From: Phallusia mammillata
Taxonomy: Eukaryota
DNA length: 64,000 nt
Assembly (NCBI GenBank): GCA_965637545.1
Contig: OZ281499.1
Location: 15,996,001-16,060,000, forward strand
Direction: 5' to 3'
Within the stretch, counting starts at the first letter, position 1, and each line of letters opens with the position of its first letter. The notes under the pieces are model-generated. The model saw only the letters and a program-made list of their open reading frames with translations. It was not told the DNA's origin and did not search any database. Of this stretch, positions 37,001-48,416 are shown in pieces. Position numbers and translations under genes: made by a program.

Positions 37001-40000
37001 GGGTTTTAGGTACAACTGTGACAATATATATTCATGAACCTAAAATACACCTTAACAATAACCTTGACTCGAACCATTTAATTCTGTTCCCAACAGCAAC
37101 ATTTAGAACGAGGTTTGACAAATGTTACCGCCGAGTTGAAAATCGAGTCTTTGAAAAGCCTAAAATATTTTAATTAATGTGTGTCGAAACAATTTACGCC
37201 GAACCGATCGTACGGAACGTTTGAACGATACATTAGTTCTAAATGATAATTAATCCTGTTCTATTTTCAAATTAAGCATTACTACAAAACTTTACCAAAA
37301 AGATTTATCATTTGAACAATTATCATTTGCAACCTAACGTTTTTAAGACGTTGTTTGCTCGAATAACAAATTGATTTTTTTATTAGGTTACGACAAAGTT
37401 GGTTTAAAATTTTCGTAGCATATTGTGATTTGCATCAGTTTGTAAATGCACATGTTGACTAATAAGTTCGCTGTATACTAAGGTTTTTATACGTTAAAAT
37501 CATTTTTTAGACTATTTAAGAGTAAAGCTGGCACCGAAAGACTAACACCAGAAGAAGTAGGTTCGAAGCAGAAGATTAAATGGACGATATTGTACTAAAA
37601 TAACTAGAACAGCGTAATAAACGCACGACGGTTGTCTACAAGTTGATTTAATCTGAAGCGATTTGCTTGTTGGAAAATTAATAGGTGGTTAAGAATAACT
37701 AGTTGTAGGGCCTACTGTGATTGTCAGAAGTAAAAATGTCTTGTTTTATACAAATCTAAAGCAAAAACACACTAAAATAAAAGAAATAATAACACTGCTA
37801 ATAGCCAAGTAATTCCATATCAATATAGTGTTACTTGACTTGAATTTTCCGAGTCCTAAACCAAAGTATTGTACTTATATCGTTGCGTAAAATGATTATT
37901 TGATCCGGGATTATAGTAAATCCTTCGAAAAACATAAAAATGGTCAACAAAGTGGAAAAATATTGTGAACATCCCAACATGAACAACTGTCCCTAATATG
38001 TTTCAAATTAATGTCATGCTGCTGACCCTTACTCTTATACAGATAAACGGTGGTCCCGCGTATCACCTTAGCTGATGCAATATGCGATAAGGAGGCTGTA
38101 TTTATTTCGGCCAACACCCGGTGATAAAACTAAACGCATCCCCGGCCAAGATTTGAGGTGCGAATCTTTGATTGATCACATGTTTGGATCCTTAACGCCA
38201 AATACAATGCCTGAAGTAGCGTGGTAATAGCTAAAGGCCACGCTCAACCTATAAAACCAAAGCGGAAGGACTCCTTTCGCTGAAAAGTGACCTCAAAACA
38301 AGACATCACTATATTGTTGTAGGATCATCCATTTAAGTGTCAGCACTGCTTTATATCATAGCTGCGGTCATCCAACAAACCGCCTTGAAATGCAAGCGTC
38401 GGTTTATACAGCTTGATAATAATTGATCAGAAACGGTTGGGGTTTTGATAAAACTTGTGATGAAGTCTTTTATAAACCAGACCAGTGCTTTACCCCATCT
38501 GTTATCACCTGTCAGGTGCGCCAATAGCGTGTCAATTTTAAATCCGTTCGTGCCGCCGGAAACGCCAAACAGTGACTTGCAACTGTGACAACAGGAGTCT
38601 TGCATACAAAGTCACTCCATCACCTTTTGGATGTGCTGAATTTGTGACTACCGCTGACCAAATGACCGATTACTTTCCTTCACCGACTCTTTTGATGTCT
38701 TTTCTATAGTTACATAACTTTGCGAAGATAGTGTGGTTAATTAAATCCAATCCGATGAAATTTGTAAGGATTACAATGTCTAAATAGTGTACGATTTGTT
38801 CCTGAACTTTTTATTTGATCCTGCACAAACAGGAAGTATAATGGTTTTACAAGAATTTGAAATTTTGTGTTGTATACAAATACGTTGTACAAAAAAGGCA
38901 GATGTTGACGTAGAACTTACACATCACGTCAACATAAACATCACCCAATCGATCAAGCCCATGTTTTCATATTAACTCCACCTTTTCGATTCACCGTTGT
39001 GTTTTAAGCAAATCCTTGGCAAACACATCGTTCCGTTGTTGCGGCCAAACTAGTGGCCTTCTCTGCACCGTGCTTAGCATAGTCATGCTCATGTTATTGT
39101 GACTGAATTATCGTAGAAGCCTGGTGTAACCACAAGGTTAATCTCACCGCCTCGTCGTGGTTATTTTGCGGGCAGCTAGCATTTTCGTGTTTGCAATCAG
39201 ATAAAGATGCAGAGAATTTATACAAAAGACGTGATAGCACCAAAAGAGGTTTGCTTGGCTATAGATTTGCCAACTGTGCGTGTTGAGCCTTGGCTACTGC
39301 CGGGTTTGCGAAAGGAATTTGCCGATTGGATCTGGAGGCACGTTTTCGGGCATGCCGGCAATATGTTTTCAGCGAAAAATATACGAAAAGACCGATCATA
39401 TTTCACAAACAGATTAAATACCTTTTTCAAACACGACTGTGGATGTTAAATTATTGTGCAGTTTATAGGTATTTTTGTTACGTCTCCAAGCAAGCCATGT
39501 TTTTTTGTTTATAACAACGTTTATATTTTCCATTGTTAAACACGAAAAATAGGGTTGTTGCATAAAAAATCCTCCAAACTAAGATATTTAAAACGAATGA
39601 CCAAACCGGACCGTATTGGGAACTTTAGCGCACTCTTGCGGCTAAACAATTATACCACCAATTGTTTGAGCGGGACTGATCTTTGGGTTCGAAAGCTTAC
39701 ACAATCCGCTATGAGTTACTATCCTTGAAAATCGATTAGATAAGCTTTTTTGCACACAAGCCTATGTCTTGTAATGCAGTGAATACTTAATCACCTTGGC
39801 CGAGATCCTCTATTACGTGCACAAGTCGACACACCTTTTAAATTGCAATCGATTTTATGCTTGGCTTGCCTGTTTATTGGATTTTGTTTATCCCAAAGTT
39901 AAACGTCATTGACTTGTTCTTGCGGGGACTGTCAATCAGGCTTATGGCTAAATGGCGAACGACCTCAAACTATGGGAATGTTAGCGAACTTTGGATATTG

Positions 40001-41828
40001 ATTAAATCGATTTTCTACTGGTGTTATGGATAACCACATCCTCTTTGATGCGTCTACCGAGTCTGTAAACAAACTTAAAACTATATGGACTACCTAACTT
40101 TGTTTTAATTACTTCAAACCGTGGTAAATCGTTCTTTTTGTACCCGGAACTGCGTCATACAATTGCAGTGATAACAACTTATTGCTTCCCACGCTAGGGT
40201 CCACCTACAGTATACTGTAGGCTACAGCCTGCTATAACATCTGCGCTTGTTTCTGGGCTTCTTAACTTGCTGTCTTATTGGCTGCCGTAGCCTATATCGA
40301 AATCTTTTTAATCAGCATACTTTGAAGGCCAAAGCCTAATATACTTGATTTGCCAGATCACAAAAGAAAAATATTTTTGATTTGTATGAGAATTCGGTGC
40401 CTACACAAGCCGAACTAGCGGTAAATTACAAAAATTGGTTTGATGTTTTCTGCAACGTTAATTTGAAACCGAATGATGATTTTGAGAAAACGTAGCCTGT
40501 CATTAATTGATCCTAATAAAAGTTCCAAAGTAACAGTGTTTGTCAATAATTCTGAACAAAAGGAATTAATAACAAAAATAACATTCGTTTTGTACGTTAT
40601 ACCACTTAGTTGTCTACTGAAGTTTACGTCGGCTATAACTTAATGGCACTTGGGCTATTCTTCATGTTGCTGAATTTAATACAGCAGTAAGACTATATGG
40701 TATGCATAGCCGATAATGTCAGCAAATTCACGAGTTTCGAATTTTGTTTTGGTGTTCAACTAAAATGCGTGTTTTTATATAGGCCCTAATATAGTCATTC
40801 AGAATCATTTTAGAACTGTTCTTATTTTGTTGCAGTTTTCTGTTTTCTCTCATAGTTTACAATAAAATATCGAAAAACTTTGAGCAGTGTCAACCTTTTT
40901 TGTACCATTTCCGTAACAGCGTATTAAATTTACATCCTTTTCAATAAAAACAATAATTGCAATTGAGGCATTTTACGTTGGCATTAATAAACTTCAGCGT
41001 GTAAATCAGAAAATCGGTCGCTGTATTTCAAGTGTTTGTTTTAGAAAAACAAATGCATTTTGCTTTTATAAGCATCGATCATCAGTGTCTAAAAACAATA
41101 TATATAGGAACGGAATAAAACCAATAAATAAAAGGAAAAAATACAAGAATGACCCTCAATCGTTGCAGTCCTTTGATTTACTTGAAAAGAGATTTTATTA
41201 ATAAGAAAAGATTTACTACGCTGACATTATAGTTCGTTAATTTAATTAAATATCAAATCGGAAGAAGCCAATTTCCGTCTAAAACAGAAACGTCCATTTT
41301 TGTTCACTGCATAATGTTTCAACCGCCCAGATTTTTTTTAATTGAGTGTCCTAATTTTCATTCATTTTAATACACTATCGCAAACGCCCCAACTGATTTT
41401 GGGGGGAGATGAATGTTATTCTTTACAACAGGGATCACCAACCCTATGCCCGCGGGCACCTGGTTGCCCGTTGGATCATTTTCAGTGACTGGTTCTAGAA
41501 AACACAATTCGTGTCACACAAATATCAAGCATAAAATGATGATAAAGTTGCGACAACTGTTTTTTTTTACAATACTTGATTCTTTTAAATTCAAATATGC
41601 AATAAATTAGCGTAATGAGTTGCCTTAATAACGACAACCCAACGGAACCAACCAGCGACACAATTTTTCGTCGCGACCTAGTGTAGTATAGTGCCAAGGA
41701 CCGCACAGCTTAGTAAGATGAGTAATAATGTTTTAAAAGAAATCGGGCTCTGTTTTTTCGTTTGGATGAAAATCGTGACATGTAAGTTTGACAGACTGAA
41801 AACTTTGATAAGTCTGAAGTCGTCCACC

Positions 41829-41885
41829 GTTTTATTAGACATATATATTTCGCCTAAGTAATAGGCATCGTCAGTATCTAAAAAC
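41829..41885 (-). ncRNA. Minimal type I hammerhead ribozyme at the 3' end of the Penelope-like element
   Basis: Minus strand reads GTTTTTAGATA-CTGACGA-T-GCCTA(TTACT)TAGGC-GAAA-TATATAT-GTC^TAATAAAAC. It has the core CUGANGA and GAAA, a 5-bp stem II, a short stem III with a palindromic AUAUAU, and a GUC cleavage triplet (predicted cut between 41838 and 41837). Stem I is imperfect. Confidence 0.85.
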
Positions 41886-42154
41886 AAAACAGCGCTAAAA
41901 AATGGTATGCAAGTTAAACTATAAAGCACAAACAAACGTATTAAAACCTGCTGACAGTAAGGTAGAACTGGGACCTGCAGATGGCGCGGCCAAACACGCA
42001 CTAGTAAAGATGTAAAGAAAAGGAAAAACGCTCAATCTGTGGCGCGGGGCAAAAAAAGTAGATAAGGACGGCAGAAGCGTTGTAAAAAACAATGGCGGAA
42101 ACACTGATAAAAAATGAACGGACAAAATGCGCGTAGGAATAAAAGAATAAAATG

Positions 42155-43799
42155 TTATTTAATGTAGGGTAAAAACATTTTTTGTATGTTTATTTCAGCT
42201 CCAATCTTGCTGGCCCACTTACTTTCATAGATGTCCAGTAGATGGATAGGTGGCTGCTCCAAAAACTGCACCCGTAAACACGTGCTGATAGGGTCACGGG
42301 CATTGGCGCTATGCTCTGTGGCATAGTGCTGACAAAGGGCTGCCTTTTCGTTATAATCACCCGGTTTGAATGAATTCCACATAGATTTGTGTCCCGTCCA
42401 ACGTACTGAAAACTTATTTTTCGTTTGACCGACATACTGCTTTTGGCATATTGTGCAGGTGGCAGCATATATGCCATAGTTGCGGCATGTGAGTGTTTGC
42501 CGTAACTTTGTTACACCCTTTTTGCTTTGTATGTTAGTGGTATAGTCAACCATTCCTTTGTGATTTCCAAAGTGTCCACACAAAGCACAGTGTCCACAAG
42601 GTGCAGATGAGCCCCCAATAGGCATGGAACTGTTTTCCCCGACTTGCTCTAGCCGCCTGTAGCGGGTAAGGAGGTTTCCGAGTGTTGGTGGTCGTTTGTA
42701 TGTTGTTGTGATATTTTTTACCAAACTTCGGTCTTTTGCGGAAGGTTGGAGTAGTGATGGAAAGCTCGTTGCCCAAACATTCAGAGCCTTTTGCGAGCTG
42801 TTGCGAGCTGTTGCCATTCGAGGGTGGAAATCTGTTTGTCCACATACTTGCTTTTTCAATGACGTCATTTGTCATTGACGTAGGGAAGCAGGATAGTTTG
42901 GCTTTGATACGCAGTTTGCAAAGGCTGGCTTTGAAATCATCATCCCGTTCGTTTAAGCGCCGTAGTCGTTTTGACTCTCCATGTATAATGGACTTAAAAA
43001 CGGAAAGAGGGTGGTGGGACCATCCGTTTAAAAATCGTCGGCCGGTTGCGGTGTCTTTGACGTAGTCTGTTGTTTTGAATTTAAATTTATTCTGTCGGCT
43101 GATGACGTGGTTTACATCCAGAAATGGAATATGCCCCTCGGTTTGGGCGGTTGTTAGGTAGTTGTGTGTTATTTCCAAACCGTGAGTGGCAAACACGCTC
43201 TCGATACCCCTAATAGTTGTTCTGAAGATATCGTAGCCAAAACAGAGATAAATCATATCGTCAATGAACCTCATGAACAGTTCTGTCTTTTGTATAAAGC
43301 ACGCTGCCTGCACCATGATATAATGAACGCCAATGTTGGCGAGCGAGACAGAATGGTTGTCACCAGTTACGATGCCCTTTTTCTGAGTGTAAAAATTGTC
43401 CCCGTGTTTGAGGATGGCATTTTCCAAACATAAGAATGTTAGTTCGATGAGGTTTTCTATACTATGTTTGCTGAAGTTGCTCTCCGTTTCAAGCGCGTCT
43501 TTAAGCGCCGCATGGAGGTGCGACCGGTCCATGTTGTTGTAAAGTGATTTGACATCTGCTGTCACGATAAACAGAGGCGTATCCGCAAGTTGTTTTTCAA
43601 TTGTTGATGTTGTCTTGTCCTTCCAATTTAAACGTTCACGTAAATAATGAGAACTGTCCCGGCAGTACTCAGGAACAACGGCTTGGTTGTATGAGACACT
43701 TATTGGCTTTAACAGATATTCTAAGAACGCTGTAATTCTGGACATGGGTGTGTGACTCAGCGATTGCAGCAACCGAACAGGTATTTCACTGACGTCCAT
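42155..43799 (-). pseudogene. Penelope RT/GIY-YIG polyprotein, 5'-truncated and frameshifted
   Basis: ORFs 43799-42546 (RT) and 42868-42155 (endonuclease) join into one frame (...PPSNGNSSQKALNVWATSF...) if one copy of the 10-bp tandem duplication TTGCGAGCTG at 42791-42810 is removed. Confidence 0.9.
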
Positions 43800-44094
43800 A
43801 TGTAAGTTTGAACAATATCACTTTGACAATGATACAAAACACATTTTATTTGAACACATTGCTTCAACATGTTTGTACTTATGTTTTGAACTGGTAGCCA
43901 TCGAGCCATTTGGTTATCTTAAGGTAGCCCTCGGGTTTCAAAAGGTTGGTGACCCCTGCTTTACAATTTACAAGGCAAGCCATATACAGGTAAAGATTCA
44001 ATAGTACGTTTTGCAACTAAACAACGTAAATTAATCCATATGTGTTTTTTGAAACGGTAGATTTCCACCACGAAAAACAAATTGAAACTTTCGT

Positions 44095-44185
44095 CACACA
44101 TGACGGGCACACTCTCACGTGATGAATCATGACGTATGACGTCATGTGATCAAACATAAACAGAAGTGATTCTACGTCACATCAA
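44095..44185 (+). promoter_or_regulatory. Cluster of E-box/CLEAR-like and CRE motifs, likely CHMP1 promoter
   Basis: TCACGTGA 44115-44122, TGACGTCA 44137-44144, TCATGTGA 44142-44149 and an ACGTCA half site near 44175, about 550 bp upstream of the CHMP1 ATG. The ATG exon has an upstream acceptor at 44689-44690. Confidence 0.5.
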
Positions 44186-44702
44186 GTCAGCTGAGTCTTG
44201 GTCAGAAAAGTTCAATTTGTAATTTGTATTTTTCATTTCATTGTGTCTATCCTGCTTAGCAAACCTACCAAGGGTCTTTCTTACGAATTTATATTTCAGT
44301 AAGCGAAAAAACTTCTTATTTTTGAGTGCAGTAAGCTGCTAAGTACTTCGTTAGTGCGACAGACTTGCATTTGGTTTTACTATTCCAAGTGTTTATGAGG
44401 CAAGCTGTATTGATTTATCAAAGTGTTTCTTTTGAAACTTTTTTGGTTTGATGCGTGTATTCCCCTTTTGTAATTTGTATTGTGGATATTGGTATATTGT
44501 TTTCGTGAATGTTTTCACGGATTTGTTGTACATGATTTGCTATCCAGAAAACGTAATTGGGTAAAGCTGAATACAATATACTCCCTAGTGTATGCTGAAC
44601 AAATTCACCTGTCCTAAAATCACACAACCATATTTTTTCTGTGTGTTTTAGAGTATACTAACTTTTGTAGTTTGATAAGAGTTGCTCCAGAACATCATCA
44701 AG

Positions 44703-47180
44703 ATGCCGAACATGGAAAGTAAGTATAATGTTGTAGACTTAGAATGCTGCAAGGTGTATATTTCCTAGTAATATGACTAACCTATGTATACAAATACTTT
44801 TTTAGCATGCCTCTTTGAGCTGAAAATGGCTACCAAAAGTCTCCTGAGAGAGAGCAAAAAATGTGAAAAAGAAGAAAAATCACAAAAATTGAAACTCAAA
44901 CAAGCTATTGCTAAAAATAACATGGAGGTATGTTACACTGTGAGAAATGTAATTTGAATAGAACAGCAAGGCAATTAGTAAAACCCAATAGTATTTGTGT
45001 AAACGACATTTTGTACTTACAGGTTTATGTGTTTTTGTATATATATATAACAAACAATTGAATAAACTACACATACTTTCCAGTTTATCTTCATTAGTCA
45101 GTTTAAATTTGGTCTGACATGTTGCAGTGGTTGACATTTTTGATGCTTTTGTGTTTGTTTGTAATGCATTACTATGATACTGTTGGTGACTTTTTAATAC
45201 ATGCAACATATGCAGGGTGCAAAAATTCATGCAGAAAATGCTATTCGTCAAAAAAATCAGGCACTTAACTTTTTGCGCATGAGTGCAAGAGTGGATGCCA
45301 TCAGTTCCCGTGTTCAAACTGCCATTCAAATGAAAAATGTAAGTATTGTTTTCCACTTACCAGTAAACAATGTGAGGAGTTTGATGAAAAATATAATGGC
45401 CCGAAAAATACAAAAAGTGTCATGCTTTGTTATTCAAACATTTCTCCACATGCTAATGTCATCATCAGTGATATGAGGGGCCAGTTACATTTGTACTTAT
45501 ATATTTCTTATGTGTAGATATAATTTTGTGTTTTTCTACTATTGTGTTTTTGACAAGTTGTTGGTGGTTGGCAATAATTCAATTTTACCAGGTGCAAGTA
45601 CTGGAAACCTTTCTTGAATAGTAATATCCCCAATATAATTCACACCAAGAGCTATCATATGAGCATTTTGTGGCAAGACTACAGGCACTTTTATTTGCCC
45701 ATGTTATGGTACTTGCAAGAAATGTTTGTGGTAAAATATTTTGCTGAATTTTATGTGTACGTACAGATTTGCCTTGTCTTTTACTAGATTGTCTGTTTTT
45801 ACTCCTTATTTCTGTAACTGAAATGCACCAGAGTGTGAACATCAGAAAAAAAGGGGTGCACACAAAAGTTTTATGATAAAAATGACATACCGATTAGTGA
45901 TGGGATGATACCAGGTTTTGAAGCGAGTACCGATACAGAGTACGAGTACCACATGTATATACCTTCGATACCGAGTACTTAAGTGTAGTGTTGTACTTAG
46001 TTGTATATCACTCGCTAATTTATCTGCCATGGCCGGTGTACAGGCGTGCACACACACATGCCGAAAAATGTTTTCTCCACGTGATAGCGAAAAAGATATA
46101 CGTAAACTGGCGGAACTTTTTTCCAACTTTGTGCTGTCCGAAGCAAATATTGGCAATAAGTTGCCCGTATTCTTATGGTGTAAATCAGCCTTCGGTATCG
46201 CAAACTGAGCAAAGTATTTCGATACCGAGTATGAGTATCGATACCACTGAAATCGTTCGATACCGAGTACTCGTCCCATCACTAATATCGATATTCTGTG
46301 ACAAGCAAAATGTTAAGTATTTTGAAACATATAACATTCACCTTATGTTGGGATTACCAACTTGCAACTCTTTCAATGCTATATGTTATGCGGCCCCACC
46401 CTTTCCTTGATATCCAAAAAATGTGTTCTGCCTAAGCAGTATAATTTTAGGTCCTATTTTGGCATAGACATTTCAACAGAATTGCATTGTTTCTCAAAAT
46501 AAACGGCTCTTAATTTACAACGTTGTTGCTACTTGGAATATAAAAACACATATACATTACTGTTTTGTTTGCGAATCTGTAGTTTCATCTCTTTACATTT
46601 GTACATTGTTTATTCACAGGTTACCAAAAATATGTCAAGTGTGACCAAAAACATGGAGGCAACAATGAGATCAATGAACTTAGAAAAGGTTACTAGCAAC
46701 TTGTTTAACCACAGTTTTATAACCAACACACATTTGTTTAAAGTTATTGTAAATAATTTTGCCTTTTAGATTTCACAACTCATGGAGCGATTTGAAAAAC
46801 AATTTGAAAACCTGGATATTCAGTCTCAATATATGGAAAGTGCCATGAGTGGAACCACACAACAATTTGCACCTGAGGATGAAGTTAGAAATCTTATGCA
46901 AAAGACTGCTGACGAAGCTGGGTATGTTTATGCATCAGTTTTGGTTAATTTAGTTCCTACAAAATAAAGAAAATGATTTCACCTGCTAAACTGTCATTGT
47001 TTGTGCCGAAGTGTAGATGAAAAATTCTTATAATTATGATTAAATAAGTGTATTTTTGTGTTTGTTAGGCTTGAAATGAACTTGGAAATTCCCGGCGCAG
47101 CCTCAACATCACTAGCCACAAGCACAGCATCCACAGAACAGGACGAGCTTTCGCAGAGACTCGCCAGACTTCGAGAATAA
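44703..47180 (+). CDS. CHMP1B: Charged multivesicular body protein 1 (ESCRT-III, Snf7 family; CHMP1B-like sequence), 6 coding exons, 197 aa
   Basis: Exons 44703-44718, 44806-44927, 45216-45338, 46620-46688, 46770-46921, 47069-47180 (594 nt, GT-AG, in frame). Motifs KKCEKEEK, IHAENAIRQKNQALNFLRMSARVDA, MNLEKISQLMERFEKQFENLD, and a C-terminal MIM1 EQDELSQRLARLRE* that resembles CHMP1B. The A/B assignment is by similarity only. Confidence 0.95.
45895..46284. mobile_element. hAT MITE in CHMP1 intron 3
   Basis: TIRs TAGTGATGGGA / TCCCATCACTA; 8-bp TSD ATACCGAT / ATATCGAT (7 of 8 match); repeated subterminal GATACCGAGTA-like motifs. Confidence 0.88.
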
Positions 47181-48416
47181 AAATAAACTTACTAATTGAA
47201 AATGCACTTTACATTTCAGTACTTGTGACTGTAGAACATATTTGCAGTTTTTACTTTGCGAAGTTTTTGTCATTGTTTTTCATGTGTTTTTTTGTCATAG
47301 AAATCTGCCTAAAAGCACATGTAATCTTTTATGATGCCTACAGGTCAAATTTGATTGTTCAATTTCAGTTTTTACGAAGGAAATCATACTTGACATGTTG
47401 AGTTTGGAGTGACTTTCATATCTACAGTAAAACTGTTCGCACTGTAAATCTAACATTGGAAAGCAAATTATGTGAGCCACATTTTACAAACTGAAATTGT
47501 GGCAATTCAGATGATTGAACCAATGTTTTTATCTTGCTGCAATAAGCAATGTTTCCTGCATTGGTATTACGATCTGTGTATATATCAACCAAATGGAACA
47601 AGACTGTTTGCTGCTCAAGTTATATACCTTTTTTGAGAAATACAAACACCGTAACTGTTTCAAAAGAGAAGAATGTGAACTATTACCCAACTTTAAGCGA
47701 AATGCTTGTTTGTTTTTTTACGCGAGAATTTGGTTTACCTTTGAATTTAAAAAAGTTTGGATTGTATTTTTGATTTCTATTGCGGGGATTTTTGGCGGTA
47801 ATCCCTTTTTGCGGTCAGCAGCGAACTTCAGTCCACTTGGAATAAGCAAAGAGATTATAGAAGCCAAAACTACAAGTTTATTTCACAAATATGGGTAAGT
47901 AGGTTAAGCTTTAAGCGAATATTGCGAGGTATGACTCCTTGATTTCCACATTCGGAAGTGTTTACGGGTGTACTAAGATATGGCTTTGCATTAGACACCA
48001 TCGTGAATAGGAAAACTACTGGTTTTGTTGTTGAATTGGCTTTATTTTACTCAGATACAGTTGAGCCTACTTTGCTATACAAAAGCCGTTAAAACGTATT
48101 TGGCATTGGTTGTCGTGTTTTGTTTCAATTTTGTTTTTTGTCGGGAGACTGCTTGATCCATGTCTAGGCTAGGCTACAGACATAAAAAGCATCTATTCCT
48201 GGCAAAGCGGGCATCAAACGTCGTGTAAAAAATATACTGGCAATAATATTGTATTTACACACAAGCACCACAGAAAAAAGAAACGTTTGTACCTGAAAGT
48301 ATACACTTGTACCACTAAAAGAACATAATACACCTTACTAGCTCACATGTGCGTTTTTTCATGCAAGTCCAACTAGAAAAACAGCTAAACTTGTAACCAT
48401 AACAACAAACCGCAAA

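Larger units (their letters stand above)
41792..43799 (-). mobile_element. 5'-truncated Penelope-like retroelement (Neptune-type), RT plus GIY-YIG endonuclease
   Basis: Flanked by the 12-bp direct repeat ATGTAAGTTTGA (41780-41791, 43800-43811). RT motifs VTADVKSLY, QKKGIVTG, FMRFIDD, IPFLDV; linker CGHCALC; endonuclease TCRNYGIYAATCTICQKQYVGQT...RWTGH; hammerhead in the 3' UTR. Confidence 0.95.
41429..43958. mobile_element. hAT MITE (about 510 bp without its insert) split by the Penelope-like element
   Basis: TIRs CAGGGATCACCAACC (41429) / GGTTGGTGACCCCTG (ends 43958); perfect 8-bp TSD CTTTACAA at 41421-41428 and 43959-43966. Confidence 0.9.

Noticed and set aside
37980-39514. Cluster of short ORFs, an intron-like GT-AG pair near 38820-38920 and an EHDYAK peptide resembling a THAP-protein HCF-binding motif
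   Set aside because: Stops flank the motif, and no THAP or transposase signature was found; at best a decayed element.
42736-43433. Plus-strand ORFs inside the retroelement
   Set aside because: Antisense shadows of the RT coding sequence.
45339-46619. Possible intronic snoRNA in CHMP1 intron 3
   Set aside because: TGATGA is present but there is no terminal CTGA with a closing stem; much of the intron is a MITE.
47515-47898. 127-aa plus-strand ORF after CHMP1
   Set aside because: AT-rich, Phe/Cys-biased composition typical of 3' UTR sequence between two convergent genes.
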